Shown here in pieces: positions 50,766-62,395 of a stretch of DNA of 64,000 nucleotides (its first letter is position 1; each line of letters starts with the position of its first letter). The position numbers were made by a program, and so were the translations under genes. The notes beneath the pieces were generated by a model. The model was not told where the DNA came from and did not search any database. It was given only the letters and a program-made list of their open reading frames with translations. The DNA comes from Mobula hypostoma (lineage: Eukaryota): contig NC_086097.1 in assembly GCF_963921235.1 (NCBI RefSeq), positions 66,466,001-66,530,000 on the forward strand. Reading direction: 5' to 3'.

Positions 50766-51002
50766 CTGTCAATACAAAATAAATGAGAAGTTGCTTTGGA
50801 AGCCACAATTGCTCTTAAAGAGTTGTACAGTTAGTATATGGTGGGGTAAGTGAAGCGATTGTTGATTTGGATGCTATGAAGGGCTTAAGTGTGTGCGTGT
50901 GCATGTATATATACTGAAAAATCAGCCTAATGTGTATAAAAGAATGTGTAATGTAAGATAAACTCAAACACTGCCTTTGTCTATCAATCAGTTACATTAG
51001 AA

Positions 51003-54000
51003 CTAGACAACCGGGTGACCCGTTGGGGCACCCTTTGAGAGAAGGGTAGTGCAGTCTGATGTGACCAGAATGAACATTAAATTTTCCTGAATGCTATTGC
51101 TATCGCTTTGCTTTGAAAATTAAAGAAGATAAACTCAGTTTATTAAAGAAGAAAGATGCGTAGCAAGACAAATATAGCTGCTCCTCGTTTAACGAAGGAC
51201 ACTTTTGATGACAGCATTTCTGGTTCATCTACCACCAAGAATACTCTAACGTTTTCATTTCTTTTTCCCTGGCTTAAAGCCACATACAGCTGACCATGCT
51301 GGAATACCGGTTTCTCCAGATAAATCAACATATTTTCCATGGTGTGGCCTTGCGCCTTACATATAGTCATAGCAAAACATGACTGTATCGGGAACTGGCT
51401 CCGCTGAAGAGGGACATCTTCCCCTTCTGATAAACAGAGTAATTCTTGGGATTATGACAATGTCATTTTTGAATGCACCAATGCTTATCTTGGCTACAAT
51501 AAGATTGTCGTGCAGTTCTTCCACCATCATTCGTGTTCCATTGCAAAGCCTTGGTGGATCCAAATTTCTCATTGAAATGATGTGAGATCCCCTCACAATT
51601 CCAGTTTATGTGGTGGTAATCCAGAGAGTTTGACCGAATCAAGGAATTCTGTTAGAAAATGAGTGGTGGTAGCTCCTTCACTTACGGCGTTGAAGGAACA
51701 TTATTCTTTCATGAATCCAGGGAAGCGTCTAATGCATGTGAAGTTTATTTTTGCATCATTTCATTGAGAGGAACCAAGGTAGAATTCCTCGAGAACAGTT
51801 TTTCGAATGTAGGGTAGATGAAATCAATACATTCTTCCATAGTTTTTGCTGGCAGAATCATATCTTCAGATAATTGGATTTCATCATTTTCATTTTTCTC
51901 AATCTTGTCTTCTCCAACATCCAATAAGAACTCAGAATATCGTCCTTCTCCCTCACTCAATCGCATGTTTCCAATTGAAACTTGATGAAGCTTCTCCATA
52001 AGTAGGATTTTTTTATGCATGAATTCTCCACATCAGCATCATATCCTCGTTTCACAACTGCTAGAAGCTGACGGAAATTGCCACAGCAAGTGGTTAAAAT
52101 ACCCCCGAAGGCCTCATTCTTGCCGCATACATCACAAAGAGTCTGGTCCACAGCTTTGAAGCTCTGCCTCCTAATCATGGAGCACTCATCCCAGACAATA
52201 AGCCTCGCATTTTGGAGTAAATTTGCAGTATTGGTGTATATATCGATGTTACAAAGGGCATCTTCATTGACTTTGAGGGGTATCTTGAATCTTGAATGCG
52301 CTGTCCTACCACCAGGCATCAATGTTGCAGCAATACCAGATGATGCTACAGCAATAGCAACACCTCCATCTCCCCTAACTTTAGCAAGGATCAAGTTGAT
52401 GATAAATGTCTTGCCCGCTCCTCCTGGTGCATCAATGAAAATCATTGAAGAGAGATTCCTTTCCAAGCAGTCGCACACATATTCATATACTTCTCTTTGC
52501 TCATTATTCAATAGGGGCTCCTTCTGTGAAACAAATCCCTGCTGTTCATCTGTGTTGTATTGCAGTTCACACAAAGATTCCAGATTGCCAGCACTTTGAG
52601 TAAGTGTACCGTTTCTTGGTGTCGGCAAGTTATATTCTTCAAGTGTTTTGCCCAAACTCACAAGTTTCTCTTGGAAATACAGATGAGCTTGTCCGTGATG
52701 CCTGTCATCAATCATGATATTAGGATTATTTATAGTTCTGCTCTCCATTTGTAAGAAATCTTCAGACATTGCATTCTTGAACCGGTTCCATAATTGCTGT
52801 GGATTGTTGATTTCAGTGTTTGTTAGCAAGACGACAAACAAATCTCTCATTGCTCTGGGCATTCTTGTTCTCTCTGCTTCTTCCATAGTTTGCTGCCAAT
52901 GATTGCCAGCTTGCAACAATCCTGTCTCTCTACAGATGTCTTTGAATGATGGAAGGATATCTCCATCATGTGTTTTCAATGATTCAAAAGATACTGGCCC
53001 CCTTTATGTGATGAAGTAGTCTCAAATACTAGAGGTCACCACTTCATGGAGAAACAGTATACACTTGACCCAGAACATTTGCTTCAAAAATCCCGGAGTA
53101 CTCTTCCACTCTCACGTTGAATTCCATCATTCTGTACTATCCCCATTCTCAATTCTATGCTGTCTTGAGGATCCATGAAGTAAATTTGAAGGAATTGGGC
53201 TCGCTATTTGGGGTCTGGCATTAAATGTCCAATGTAATGATGGATTTAGCCTTGAATAATCACAGAAGGATTCCATCCATTCCTCATTGGAAGGACTTCT
53301 TTGGCACCAAAGGATGTCATTTGGAAGAGGCAATTGTATTGTCTCATGTTCTTCCTGAACTCGTTTGCAATAGGTTCATCATTGCTGTATAAACTGAGTT
53401 CATTGGGTAGAGGTTGCAAATTGCCTATCCTGACCTTCCCCTCATACAGCAGAAATTTGCGGTTTCTCCAGTGAACAAGGCGGCACAACAGTGAGGGCAT
53501 ACTCTGGTCATCGTACCAACATCAGCAGAAATGATACGGTGTGCAAGTCATGCATTTTGCCTTGCTTTTTCTCTGTCGAGGTATTGTCGTTGAAAGCGGG
53601 CATTGTCGTCTCCAGCAACTCTGTAATAATTACTCTTTGCCGCATATTTGAGTTGATCTTTCCTTTTCTCCTCTGTCTCTTCCTCTCCTTCTTCTGTGCC
53701 TGTTTTTGTCATTCTGGAGATGCCTTTCATCCCCCCCCCCCCGTCTCTTCATCTCTTCTGCCATTTATTCTTTGTCTCTGATCCTGGAGATGTGCATTTC
53801 TCAGCTCCTTTGTCTCTTCCTCTCTCCTCCTTCTATGCCAGTTGTTGTCATTCTGGAAGCATGCAGCCCTTTCATCTTTCGTCTCTTCATCTCTTCTACC
53901 ATTTGTTCTTTCTCTCTGATCCTGGAGTCATGCGGCCCTGGGCTGATCCAATTCTTGTTCTCTCCTCCTTCTGTGCCTATTGTTGTCATTTTGGAGACGT

Positions 54001-54789
54001 GCATGCTCCCCCTCCTCTGTCTCTTCTTCTCACATCTTTTTTGTTCTGACTCTTTGATTGTGGAGTCGTGTGGCCTTGGCCTCATCCGATTCTTCTTCTC
54101 TCCCTCTCCTTGCTGCTTCCCGACAATGTTTGGCGTAATCTTTTGACCATAATGTCCCCCTTCTCTTTCCACGTGGCATAATTAGGCTGACCATATTTTT
54201 TTTCCCTTAATGCTGGATAGAAGATACGAAGCTGTAACACTAAAGCCTCCAGGATGCTGATTTATCATGATGATGTGGTTGGGGCTCTCCTAAATGGACG
54301 TGATATAGTCACTACTGTCCTTTTATTTCAGCAAAGGGTTTGATGGGTGTTTTGAAGTACTCCATTACAATAAGATTTAATTATCTCTTATTGATGGGTC
54401 GCAGTTTGATCTGTCCCAATCCTGCACATGCTGATGGTGATTAGCAGAATGTGACCACTCGAAATAGAGCTGCCCTGCCCTTTTGCTGCGGTTGGTGTCG
54501 CTGCTGTGAGCATCGTGAGGCGCTGCTGAGGCTGGCCGCGTGCATGTGTCGTGTCGCGTCGCAGTTTCCATGAAAGCTGGAATTGGGTGTGGAAAGCAGG
54601 GCCTGTCGACGAGTGAGCAGTTTTATATGAATATAATCCTGACCTTATAACCCTGACCTTTCCATGCATTCTGTAAGTTAGTGCATTTTAAGTCCACTTA
54701 GTCCAAAAAAGTGCCGCTTTAATGCACCGTTTGTACTAATTTGAGGGCCCAAACAGATAAACAGAATGAGAATTTTAGTAATGTATAGA
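51003..54789 (-). mobile_element. Helitron with canonical termini, Pif1-type helicase remnants and Rep domain apparently deleted
   Basis: On -: A|TCTATAC... 5' end, GGGTGcCCCaacGGGtCACCC hairpin (51013-51033), ...CTAG|T 3' end; ORF 51957..52979 (IDAPGGAGKT, ASSGIAATL..GRTAHSRFKIP, WDECSM); RNL..PRLCNGTR; HGQLYVALS. Confidence 0.92.
53690..54090. repeat. Degenerate tandem repeats in the Helitron N-terminal region (K/E/R-rich on -)
   Basis: Recurring units such as ctccttct.tgcc..ttgtcatt.tggaga and tctctgatcctggag. Confidence 0.65.
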
Positions 54790-55188
54790 TAGACATAGAA
54801 ATTATTCATCTTTACTCTGCAATTGTTCTTGAAATTTTAAAACTACAAAATTTGAAACAGAAGAATCATTATCTTGATGCATTTAAAAGTGTAAAAATGC
54901 TACATCATAGGAACTGTCAACATGTGATGAAATCATAGAAGAATGCACTTTCTGAACCACACATATATTCCTAATTTTTTCAACTGAAAACAAGAATTGG
55001 TGTAGTACTTACAAGTGTCATATTTAGAAATGACATTTTTCAGCTATTTCTGGTGATAAATGAGATTTTAAATACCCGTACTCAAAAAAAATCTGATTAG
55101 CTTATATTAAATGCCACAAATTGAAAATAAATTATCTTCTTTAAGTAGATGTCTACCTTAAATGAAACCATTATTTTCTCCTTTTTAG

Positions 55189-55341
55189 GTACTAGGTAAA
55201 TTTCAGAAAGCCTGGAATCACTTTGCAATTGCAATTGATATAGACCCAAAATTTCAGGATGCATATGAAGGTCGAGCAGTAATCAGCCTTCAAATGAACA
55301 ATACATCTGGAGCATTACAGGACATCAATGCTGCGTTGAAG
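55189..55341 (+). CDS. TTC6: TTC6-like internal exon (0-0): VLGKFQKAWNHFAIAIDIDPKFQDAYEGRAVISLQMNNTSGALQDINAALK
   Basis: Acceptor ttttctcctttttag| and donor AAG|gtatac; 153 nt; GKFQKAWNHF.IAID.DP and AYEGRAV are TTC6 hallmarks as I recall them. Confidence 0.92.
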
Positions 55342-56314
55342 GTATACATAATTATGCCTATATCTTAAGGCATCAAGCAACAGAATAAGATACTTCAAAA
55401 TGCATATTAATGCATGGACTCTAGTGTTAGTTAACAGAATTGTTCTAAAATCCAGAATTATTTGGTGGGGCCATTAACACCATTTTCACATGGTGCTAAT
55501 AGAGCTTTTGAAAACTCCAGTCTACTGGGATTTTGAAGGTCTTTAATAATCAAATGCATGAGGTATTGATAACATTTTTAGAGTACCACATATAATACCT
55601 CTAGAATTTTGACAAAGTAAATTATTAAAGTCAGGAGAAATCATTCAGTGAAGTATCACTCAGGAAAATGTCTGCTAAAGGAAGTAAACCAGCTAATTTA
55701 AAACATTTGGTCACTAAGGGCTGAAAAGACATGCAAACAAGAACTCTGTAGTCCAGAGAAAAACATTTTGGAAACAGAAAGGCAGCAGTTTTGCCCTCTT
55801 TGAAGGAGGAAAAAGGACCTACACAAATATTGACAAAATAAGGCATTCAACAGTGTCCAAAGGTGGCAGGTTCAGACAATGGTGAAATGTGGGTATATTA
55901 TCCTAAGGCAAAAATTCCAGTGCTGTAATTGGAAGTTGAGAAAATGGTGAAAATTGGTGATGCAATGATAAGAATTTTCCCTTCTCTCAAGCAGCCATTG
56001 GTGTTGTGTTGAAGATTCATTGACTTTAAACTGATAACAGAGAAAGAAAAGAAAGTGACTAAACTGATAACACAAGGTTTTGCTTCTGGGTAGAAGTTAA
56101 ACATACCCTCAATTTTTTTCCTCCATGTAAAGTTGTAATAATTTCATTTGTTAGGAAATTCTCTGGTTACAGAAAGGCAATATTATTAGACTAATACACT
56201 GAAAAAATTCAAAACCTGCCATTGAAGTTTTTGAATTTAAATTAAGTTTATAAAAAGAATGTAGAAATATAAATCAACTACCAGTAATAGTGACTCTGAA
56301 GATGGCAATAATAT

Positions 56315-56584
56315 CGTCCTTCTCCCTCACTCAATCGCATGTTTCTCTTCAGTTGAAACTTGGTGAAGCTTCTCCATGAGTAGGATTTTTTAATGCATGA
56401 ATTCTCCACATCAGCATCATTTCCACGTTTCACAACTGCTAGAAGCTGACGGAAATCGCCACAGCAAATGGTTAAAATACCCCCGAAGGCCTCATTCTTG
56501 CCGCATACATCACGAAGAGTCTGGTCCACAGCTTCGAAGCTGTCCCTCCTAATCATGGGGCAGTCATCCCACACAATAAGCCTC
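56315..56584 (-). mobile_element. Isolated internal Helitron helicase fragment flanked by a 17-bp direct repeat
   Basis: Highly similar to 51941-52206; flanks gaagat(g/a)gcaataatat at 56298-56314 and 56585-56601. Confidence 0.88.
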
Positions 56585-57039
56585 GAAGATAGCAATAATA
56601 TGTCCGATATTTCCATGAAGTTCTTTGAGGACAGAAAGCAGCTCCTCTTATCTAGTCAGCCCACACGAATATCATCCAACATGCTTGTAGCAGATTCCTT
56701 TAATACCTTTCTCAACTGGCTCATCAAGACACACGATCATTTCAAAAGAATGCCTAATACTATCTTCAGAAAAATAAATGATATTTAGCAGTGATGTTAA
56801 TATAATGGGGAAAATAAATTAAGCTTAGCAATTAAAGAAAAATGCGATAACAAACTATTACAACAGTCCCATTGTGATTTATTCAAAGGTCTTGCTTTTG
56901 ATAGTTGGTGCATCTGAAAAAAAGCAACAGATTATAATAAACATCATTTTATAAATATTGCATAAGACTAAGAAATAGTAGATCATTTAGTTCCTTTTGC
57001 CTTTAGTTTAGTTAATGTGGACTAAACAATTTCACATGA

Positions 57040-57930
57040 TTCTCTTAATATCTAACAATCAATTTCTCTTTCTCTCTCGAGTATACTCAATAACTGATCT
57101 TCCACAACCCTTTTCAGTAGAAAATTTGAGAGATTCATTAGCCTTTGGTTGAAAAATTTCTATTTATTTCTGTCCTGAATGGCCAACCTCTTATCTTCAA
57201 GGGTTCAAAGGTTCATTTATTATTAAAGTATACTACTCTGAAATTCTTCAATTCTCTGGGTAGCCATGAAACCGAGAAAGAAAGGAAAGGAAAGATAGCA
57301 CGATTGTCAACCATCAAATCCCACCTGCCCGCAAAAAATGAACAAAAACGGAGCAGGCACATTAATGCCCAAATCTCTCCTCCCACACAAAAACTGAACA
57401 AATCAGATCAGGCATATCGAACCCGGCCCCCCCCCCACACAAAAAAAATGTATCAGGTGTATTGACCTCCAAATCCCCCTCCCTGCACAAAAATACCCTT
57501 TTCACCAATTAAAGCTCCCATTGTTCACCAATTAAAGCGATGAGGGAGATTGAAGCATTGAAGCGAATGCAAAGGGTAAGCACCAGCCACCGGTTTTTTG
57601 ATCAGTTGCTCTGTACCCGAGAGGGGAGACCCTGCTGCTGCACCCAGAGAGGGTGTCCAGGGTTTTTTATGCATTTTGGATGAGGACTTTGGAGAATAGA
57701 CTCTACTTTTCATTCTTATCATTTTTTATATTCTGTGTTTTTTTCTTTTGAGACTGTGACTCCTTGTTCTAGACATCCTGGCAGATTGAGACAAAATTAC
57801 TGAACCTACTCTATAAAGCTCTTCAGGTATTTTATACTTTTCAATGAAATTACCTCTTATTCATCAGAGTCTATCTGAATAGATCCAACCTGCTTAACCT
57901 CTCTTCAAACATTCAAACCTGTCATTCTAG
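57040..57930 (-). mobile_element. Old CR1 remnant interrupted by a LINE 3' end (about 57200-57700)
   Basis: gagattcatta.cctttggttgaaaaatttc...tctgtcctgaatggccaacctcttat resumes as tttgagactgtgactccttgttctagac. Confidence 0.5.
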
Positions 57931-59111
57931 GAATTAATGTTCAATGGGAATGGTAAGCACTGGTTTTGCTGCTAAGCGTATTTTGACAAATCTTGAGTCC
58001 AGTAACAGCACTGAATCTGTCAGATGGATATAACAATTGCTGCTTCTCTTTGAAAAGGGTTAGCAATGAAAATTATTTTCAGTTCTAACAGAAAGTAAAC
58101 CATTTTACAATTAACTTGATTAATGTCATTGTCTAAATATGACCATTGCTAAACCAGATGTATTGCTCATCTCCAATAATGATCAAAAGGTAATGCAGAA
58201 CTGCCTTACCGTACTTTTACAGACCATGTGAATATATTGCCACAGTGCAAAGCAGTTTTGACACAACTCATTACCCTTTTGCATTTTCAGAAGGCAGTTA
58301 AGAATGGATCTTTTGGTCTCAGTTGATTTGCTTCCTTGAATATTTTAATAAAATGAATGGAATCAGGATCACAATTTCAGTTTCACTTAATTAAGTATAT
58401 AAATGTTTACATTGCTGTAATAGGTTTTTCACTCAAGTCTCAGATTGCTCATAAAAGTTTCTGTGTGCGTACATTTAACTTACAACTTTTAACCTGTAGA
58501 AACATTTTAGATTCTTGCCTGTTTAATCAAGATAGTATTTTCCCCTTTATTCATAAAATAATTCCAGCATCTTGTAATTCATTGCACTTTATCTTCATAT
58601 TTAATATATTCCAATGTGTGATTGTATCTCAATGCATTTTAAATGGTCAGTGTGTTGTAGAAAAGTTAAAAACAACTTTTTAAACTTTTAAAATAAAAAA
58701 AGCAAACTTACTCAACAAATTCTGTAGGTACTTGATAGTTGGCAATGATAATGGTGGGTCCACAGGCCTGCTTCATGGAGCTTTATCATCCTTTAACTCT
58801 TTGACTGCACTGTTCACTTGTCATGACAGTATCCTGGAGATTTCCTCCTTCCTCTGCCTCATATTTCAATGCAGAACTTTAAAGCATTCCAGTTTTATCC
58901 TCTGAACAATTGTAGCAAAGTTTTACTATTGCCTTGGCTTAGATATGTTTACTCATTGTCGACTATAAATATTGGAGTTACCAGGCCTGTTGGTTTCATA
59001 AGGCTAATTTCATCTCCATTCCAGAATTATTATTTACTTTATAATGCATACATTATTATCGCTAAGTAAATTACCTCATAAATAAATAGAGTTTATCAAT
59101 TAATTTTTCAG

Positions 59112-59282
59112 ATCTACAACTCTGCGAAGTTGCTTACAAATCGTGGTGTGATTAGCCAGTTTATGGGAGATCTATCCAATGCTATGAGTGACTATAAGAG
59201 AGCAATAGCTCTCAATCCAAGCTATTCACTGGCTTATTTTAATGCAGCCAATCTTTATCTCTACAACAGTCAATTTCAACAG
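59112..59282 (+). CDS. TTC6: TTC6-like internal exon (0-0): IYNSAKLLTNRGVISQFMGDLSNAMSDYKRAIALNPSYSLAYFNAANLYLYNSQFQQ
   Basis: Acceptor atttttcag| and donor CAG|gtatga; 171 nt; LTNRGVI..FMG and LNP.YSLAYFNA. No stop is reached, so the gene continues beyond the window. Confidence 0.92.
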
Positions 59283-60823
59283 GTATGAAATTGTATCAGA
59301 AGTATTTTAAACCTTAAGTACATTATATCCATATTGCCATTAATGATTAACTTCAGATCATTCTGCCACTTCTCATGTAGTCATACTCATTACCTTGAAT
59401 TCATGCTGACTGATAGTAGTTCCCTGCAGAACTACTGGAAAACAGCTGTTCATGCTTCAGCACCTCTCAAGCTCATGGGCTTGCAATATTGAAGACAAAG
59501 TCCAAGATGTGCTGGTGCTCAGATGCCTATGCATCTGACAAGCTTATGTTATCATTAGACTCATCATTAAATCCACTGCAGAGTAATATCCCTGATAGAA
59601 GCTTAATATATTTCACATTGGTACTTCTGCTTTACACCAGAGATAACTGGCATAAGAATGTAAAAGAGTGGATAAGTGCTTTTAATATTTATGGTTTAAA
59701 CTAATTGATATTTTATACCAGATTATTTTTAAAATATTTTTTAATGTTGTAATTCTATTTAAATAGCTTTAAACATGTCTTCTGCCCGTAAGTATGTCAG
59801 TGGATGGGGATGGAATGTTGTGGTCAGCCTGTCCAGCTCTCCACATCCAGAACAGATTCGGGCACCAGAATCCTAAACAATTATTTTGAAATGGAGTCTT
59901 AAAATTGCTGCACCTTTAATAATTCATACTTTATTCCTGTATCAGAAAGCAAATTAAAAAGCATGTTATTACAACATAGTTTTTTATCTCTCAATCCTTC
60001 TGAGGCATAAATAGCTTTTCTGACTCTTAATATACACAAAGGTAAACAAAAGCTTAACCGCTGTGCACTGGACAGCTATTTTTCAGAAAATAACATGTAA
60101 TCAATGAAATCTTGTTTTCCCGTTGCTTATTTGTAGGTCCTTCATTTACTGATTTATGTTTTAAGGGTCTCATTTATATGAAACATACAATTAAATTTTA
60201 ATTTCACTTACAAAATGATATTTCTGTAAGGTCTTCACTCAATTCTGAAACAAACTCCCAAAAAGTACGAGGGTTCCAATTGAATATGAACTTATCTAGC
60301 TTGGACTTGAATTCTAGTGAAATTGTCAATCAACCACATCGTAAAGGAAATAGAGGCTGAAATTTTCCTATTAATTTAGTTAAATATAATTTTTGTTTCC
60401 GTGGTGACAGCCATGTTAAACAGTAGATATTTTTTCTAGTATTTAGACTGTTTTTCCTATCCAAAATGTTGCATTATTTCAAATTATATTGTAAATAGAG
60501 ATGCATTATTAGCCTGGATTGTACATGCAAAACATGCCATCTCCCTTTGGACTCCAGCAGAAAAGCCAAATCCTGCTGAAATTAGCTACCATCTACACCT
60601 GAGTTTATGAGTCATAGATCATCTGCCAGGTTAGACCTAGCCCATGATCTGTTGGCCCATTGATTTCAAAGGGATCTGTTTCCAAAGGACAGATGGGAAG
60701 AAAGAGAAAATTCACTTTAAAATATTAGTTTTTAATTATAAAAAATTCAGACATTAAAGTTTTAGCTAGTTAATATTTTTCATTTCTTTACTTGAGTTTT
60801 TATAGGTTTTAATGATTTCTCAC

Positions 60824-60829
60824 TTTATT
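60824..60829 (-). terminator. Candidate polyadenylation signal AATAAA of the antisense gene (ATTAAA also at 60843-60848)
   Basis: Plus strand reads tttatt about 80 nt past the stop codon; AT-rich context lowers specificity. Confidence 0.5.
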
Positions 60830-60909
60830 TCAGTAATGAACTTTTAATAGCAAGCATGAAAGAGCATTCTCAACTACAGTTTGTATTTCATATCTCAACC
60901 TTGGTGCAT

Positions 60910-60996
60910 TTACTCGGCTTCTATAACTAGTTCATATTTGCTGGCTTCTTCAATGTTGTTTAATTGGCGAATTGTCCATTCCTTTATCCGAGTTTG
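60910..60996 (-). CDS. Nested antisense gene, terminal coding exon: QTRIKEWTIRQLNNIEEASKYELVIEAE* (Sororin/CCDC201-like C-terminal motif)
   Basis: Strong acceptor tatttttttgctgtttttctacag| in phase 0 with the upstream donor; 28 codons plus TAA; W-x7-IEEA-x2-YELVIE pattern. Confidence 0.78.
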   Translation of the reverse strand, partial: QTRIKEWTIRQLNNIEEASKYELVIEAE

Positions 60997-61324
60997 CTGT
61001 AGAAAAACAGCAAAAAAATACGGATGATTGTAGATCAGTTCCATTCTTTTTATTTAAAGTAGTCTTTGCAATAGAATTGATCACCGGCTTGTACTAGTTT
61101 ATTTCAGTATTGGTTTGAATAACTCTTACATGCATCATTTTGGCCATTCAAAATATTTTCACTAACTTTGTTAAATTCTTTCACTGCTTAAGTTTGAAGC
61201 CAGAGCCAAATTGTCAGAATCACGCAAAACTGAAGTAAAAATGAACACAGTTCTCAAAACCAAATCTAGATGCATGCTATTTTTAGAAATCTCCAGATTT
61301 TGGATTTACCATCACAAAACATAC

Positions 61325-61957
61325 CTGCTCTATAGGCAATCTTTTTGCCCTTTTGTTTTTCCTTTTGATCATGGATTTCTCAAGAAAACTTGAATTAAAA
61401 TTAATGGAAGATTTGTGAGAATATGACTTGGATCTGCTTTTACGGGCAGCTTCAGTCTTTCCACTGAAATGCTTGAGAGATCTGGATGGTGTTGAATCAT
61501 TTTCTATAGTGGCTTTATTAGTAGTAGTCTCTTCCATACTGGATTGACAATTCTTTTCATTGTCTGATGTGGGGGTTGGAACACTTTCTTCAAATATTAT
61601 TGACAGCATTGTTCCTCTAAAAGTTGTAGACTTACTTGACATACTTGCACTCCATTGGCTAGCTCCTGGTTTACAATCAGTGTCAATTATTGTGCTGGGC
61701 TGAGATTTCTCAAGATTTAGAGGCAACTTTTCCTCAAAGTATTCAGAATTTAACTGTACAAAATTAGGTACAGGAGAAGTTGTTGATATTGCAGAGTTGG
61801 GTAAAATTGAATCATAAAATATGTCCTGCAATTCATGGTCATGTTCTATCCTGGAAAGATCAATACTTTCTTCCAACTTCTCAGTCTTTTCAAAGTATGG
61901 TTCTTCAGGAGTGCTATATTTCTCAGAGAATGTGCATCCAGCTCTCAATCTTGCCAT
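61325..61957 (-). CDS. Nested antisense gene, first coding exon (211 codons, S/T/E-rich and probably disordered, basic end) of a Sororin-domain / CCDC201-like protein
   Basis: Non-transposon 224-aa ORF 61283..61957; ATG in strong context aaatATGG; internal donor GAGCAG|gtatgt at 61325/61324 (phase 0); upstream acceptor tgtttgttttattctctccttaaccaataaag| opens the exon at 61988. Confidence 0.75.
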
Positions 61958-62129
61958 ATTTAAAGGTCAATTTTTTTCTCAGTCATACCTTTATTGGTTA
62001 AGGAGAGAATAAAACAAACATAGCGTAAAACGAACTTAAATTATGCTTTTCTTCCAAATAACTTTTTCATGGGATGATTTGGCATGTTAGTAACTAATGG
62101 AAAGAATTGTGAAATCCATCATAATACTC

Positions 62130-62395
62130 ACTAAATGCAAGAGGAACTCAGCAAATCAGGCAGCATCTATGTAAAGCAATAAATGGTAGAAGTTTTGGGC
62201 CATGATCCTTCATCGGGACTGGAAAAGAAGGGGGAAGAAGCCAGAATAAGAAGGTGGGGGAGGGGGGAAGGAATACAAGATGGGAGATGATAGGTGAAGC
62301 TAGATGAGGGAGAAGTGAGTGGGTAGGGAAGGGGAATGATGTAAGAAGCTTGGGAGGTGCTTGGTGGAAGAGGTAAAGGGCTGAAGAAGAAGAAA
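62130..62395 (-). mobile_element. Old Penelope pLTR remnant of a third subfamily with degenerate hammerhead, upstream of the antisense coding exon
   Basis: ggaactcagca..tcaggcagcatcta; reverse complement agtcccgatgaaggatcatggcccaaaac; purine-rich arm. Confidence 0.7.

Noticed and set aside
51143..52979. Host PIF1 helicase gene
   Set aside because: Intronless, frameshifted and enclosed by Helitron termini.
58740..58865. Minus-strand peptide QVNSAVKELKDDKAP resembling a LINE RT linker
   Set aside because: Too short and stop-bounded to support a call.
61283..61324. ORF-track C-terminus VCFVMVNPKSGDF* of the 224-aa ORF
   Set aside because: It begins exactly at a canonical GTATGT donor, so it is best explained as intron read-through; the spliced terminal exon gives a recognisable motif.
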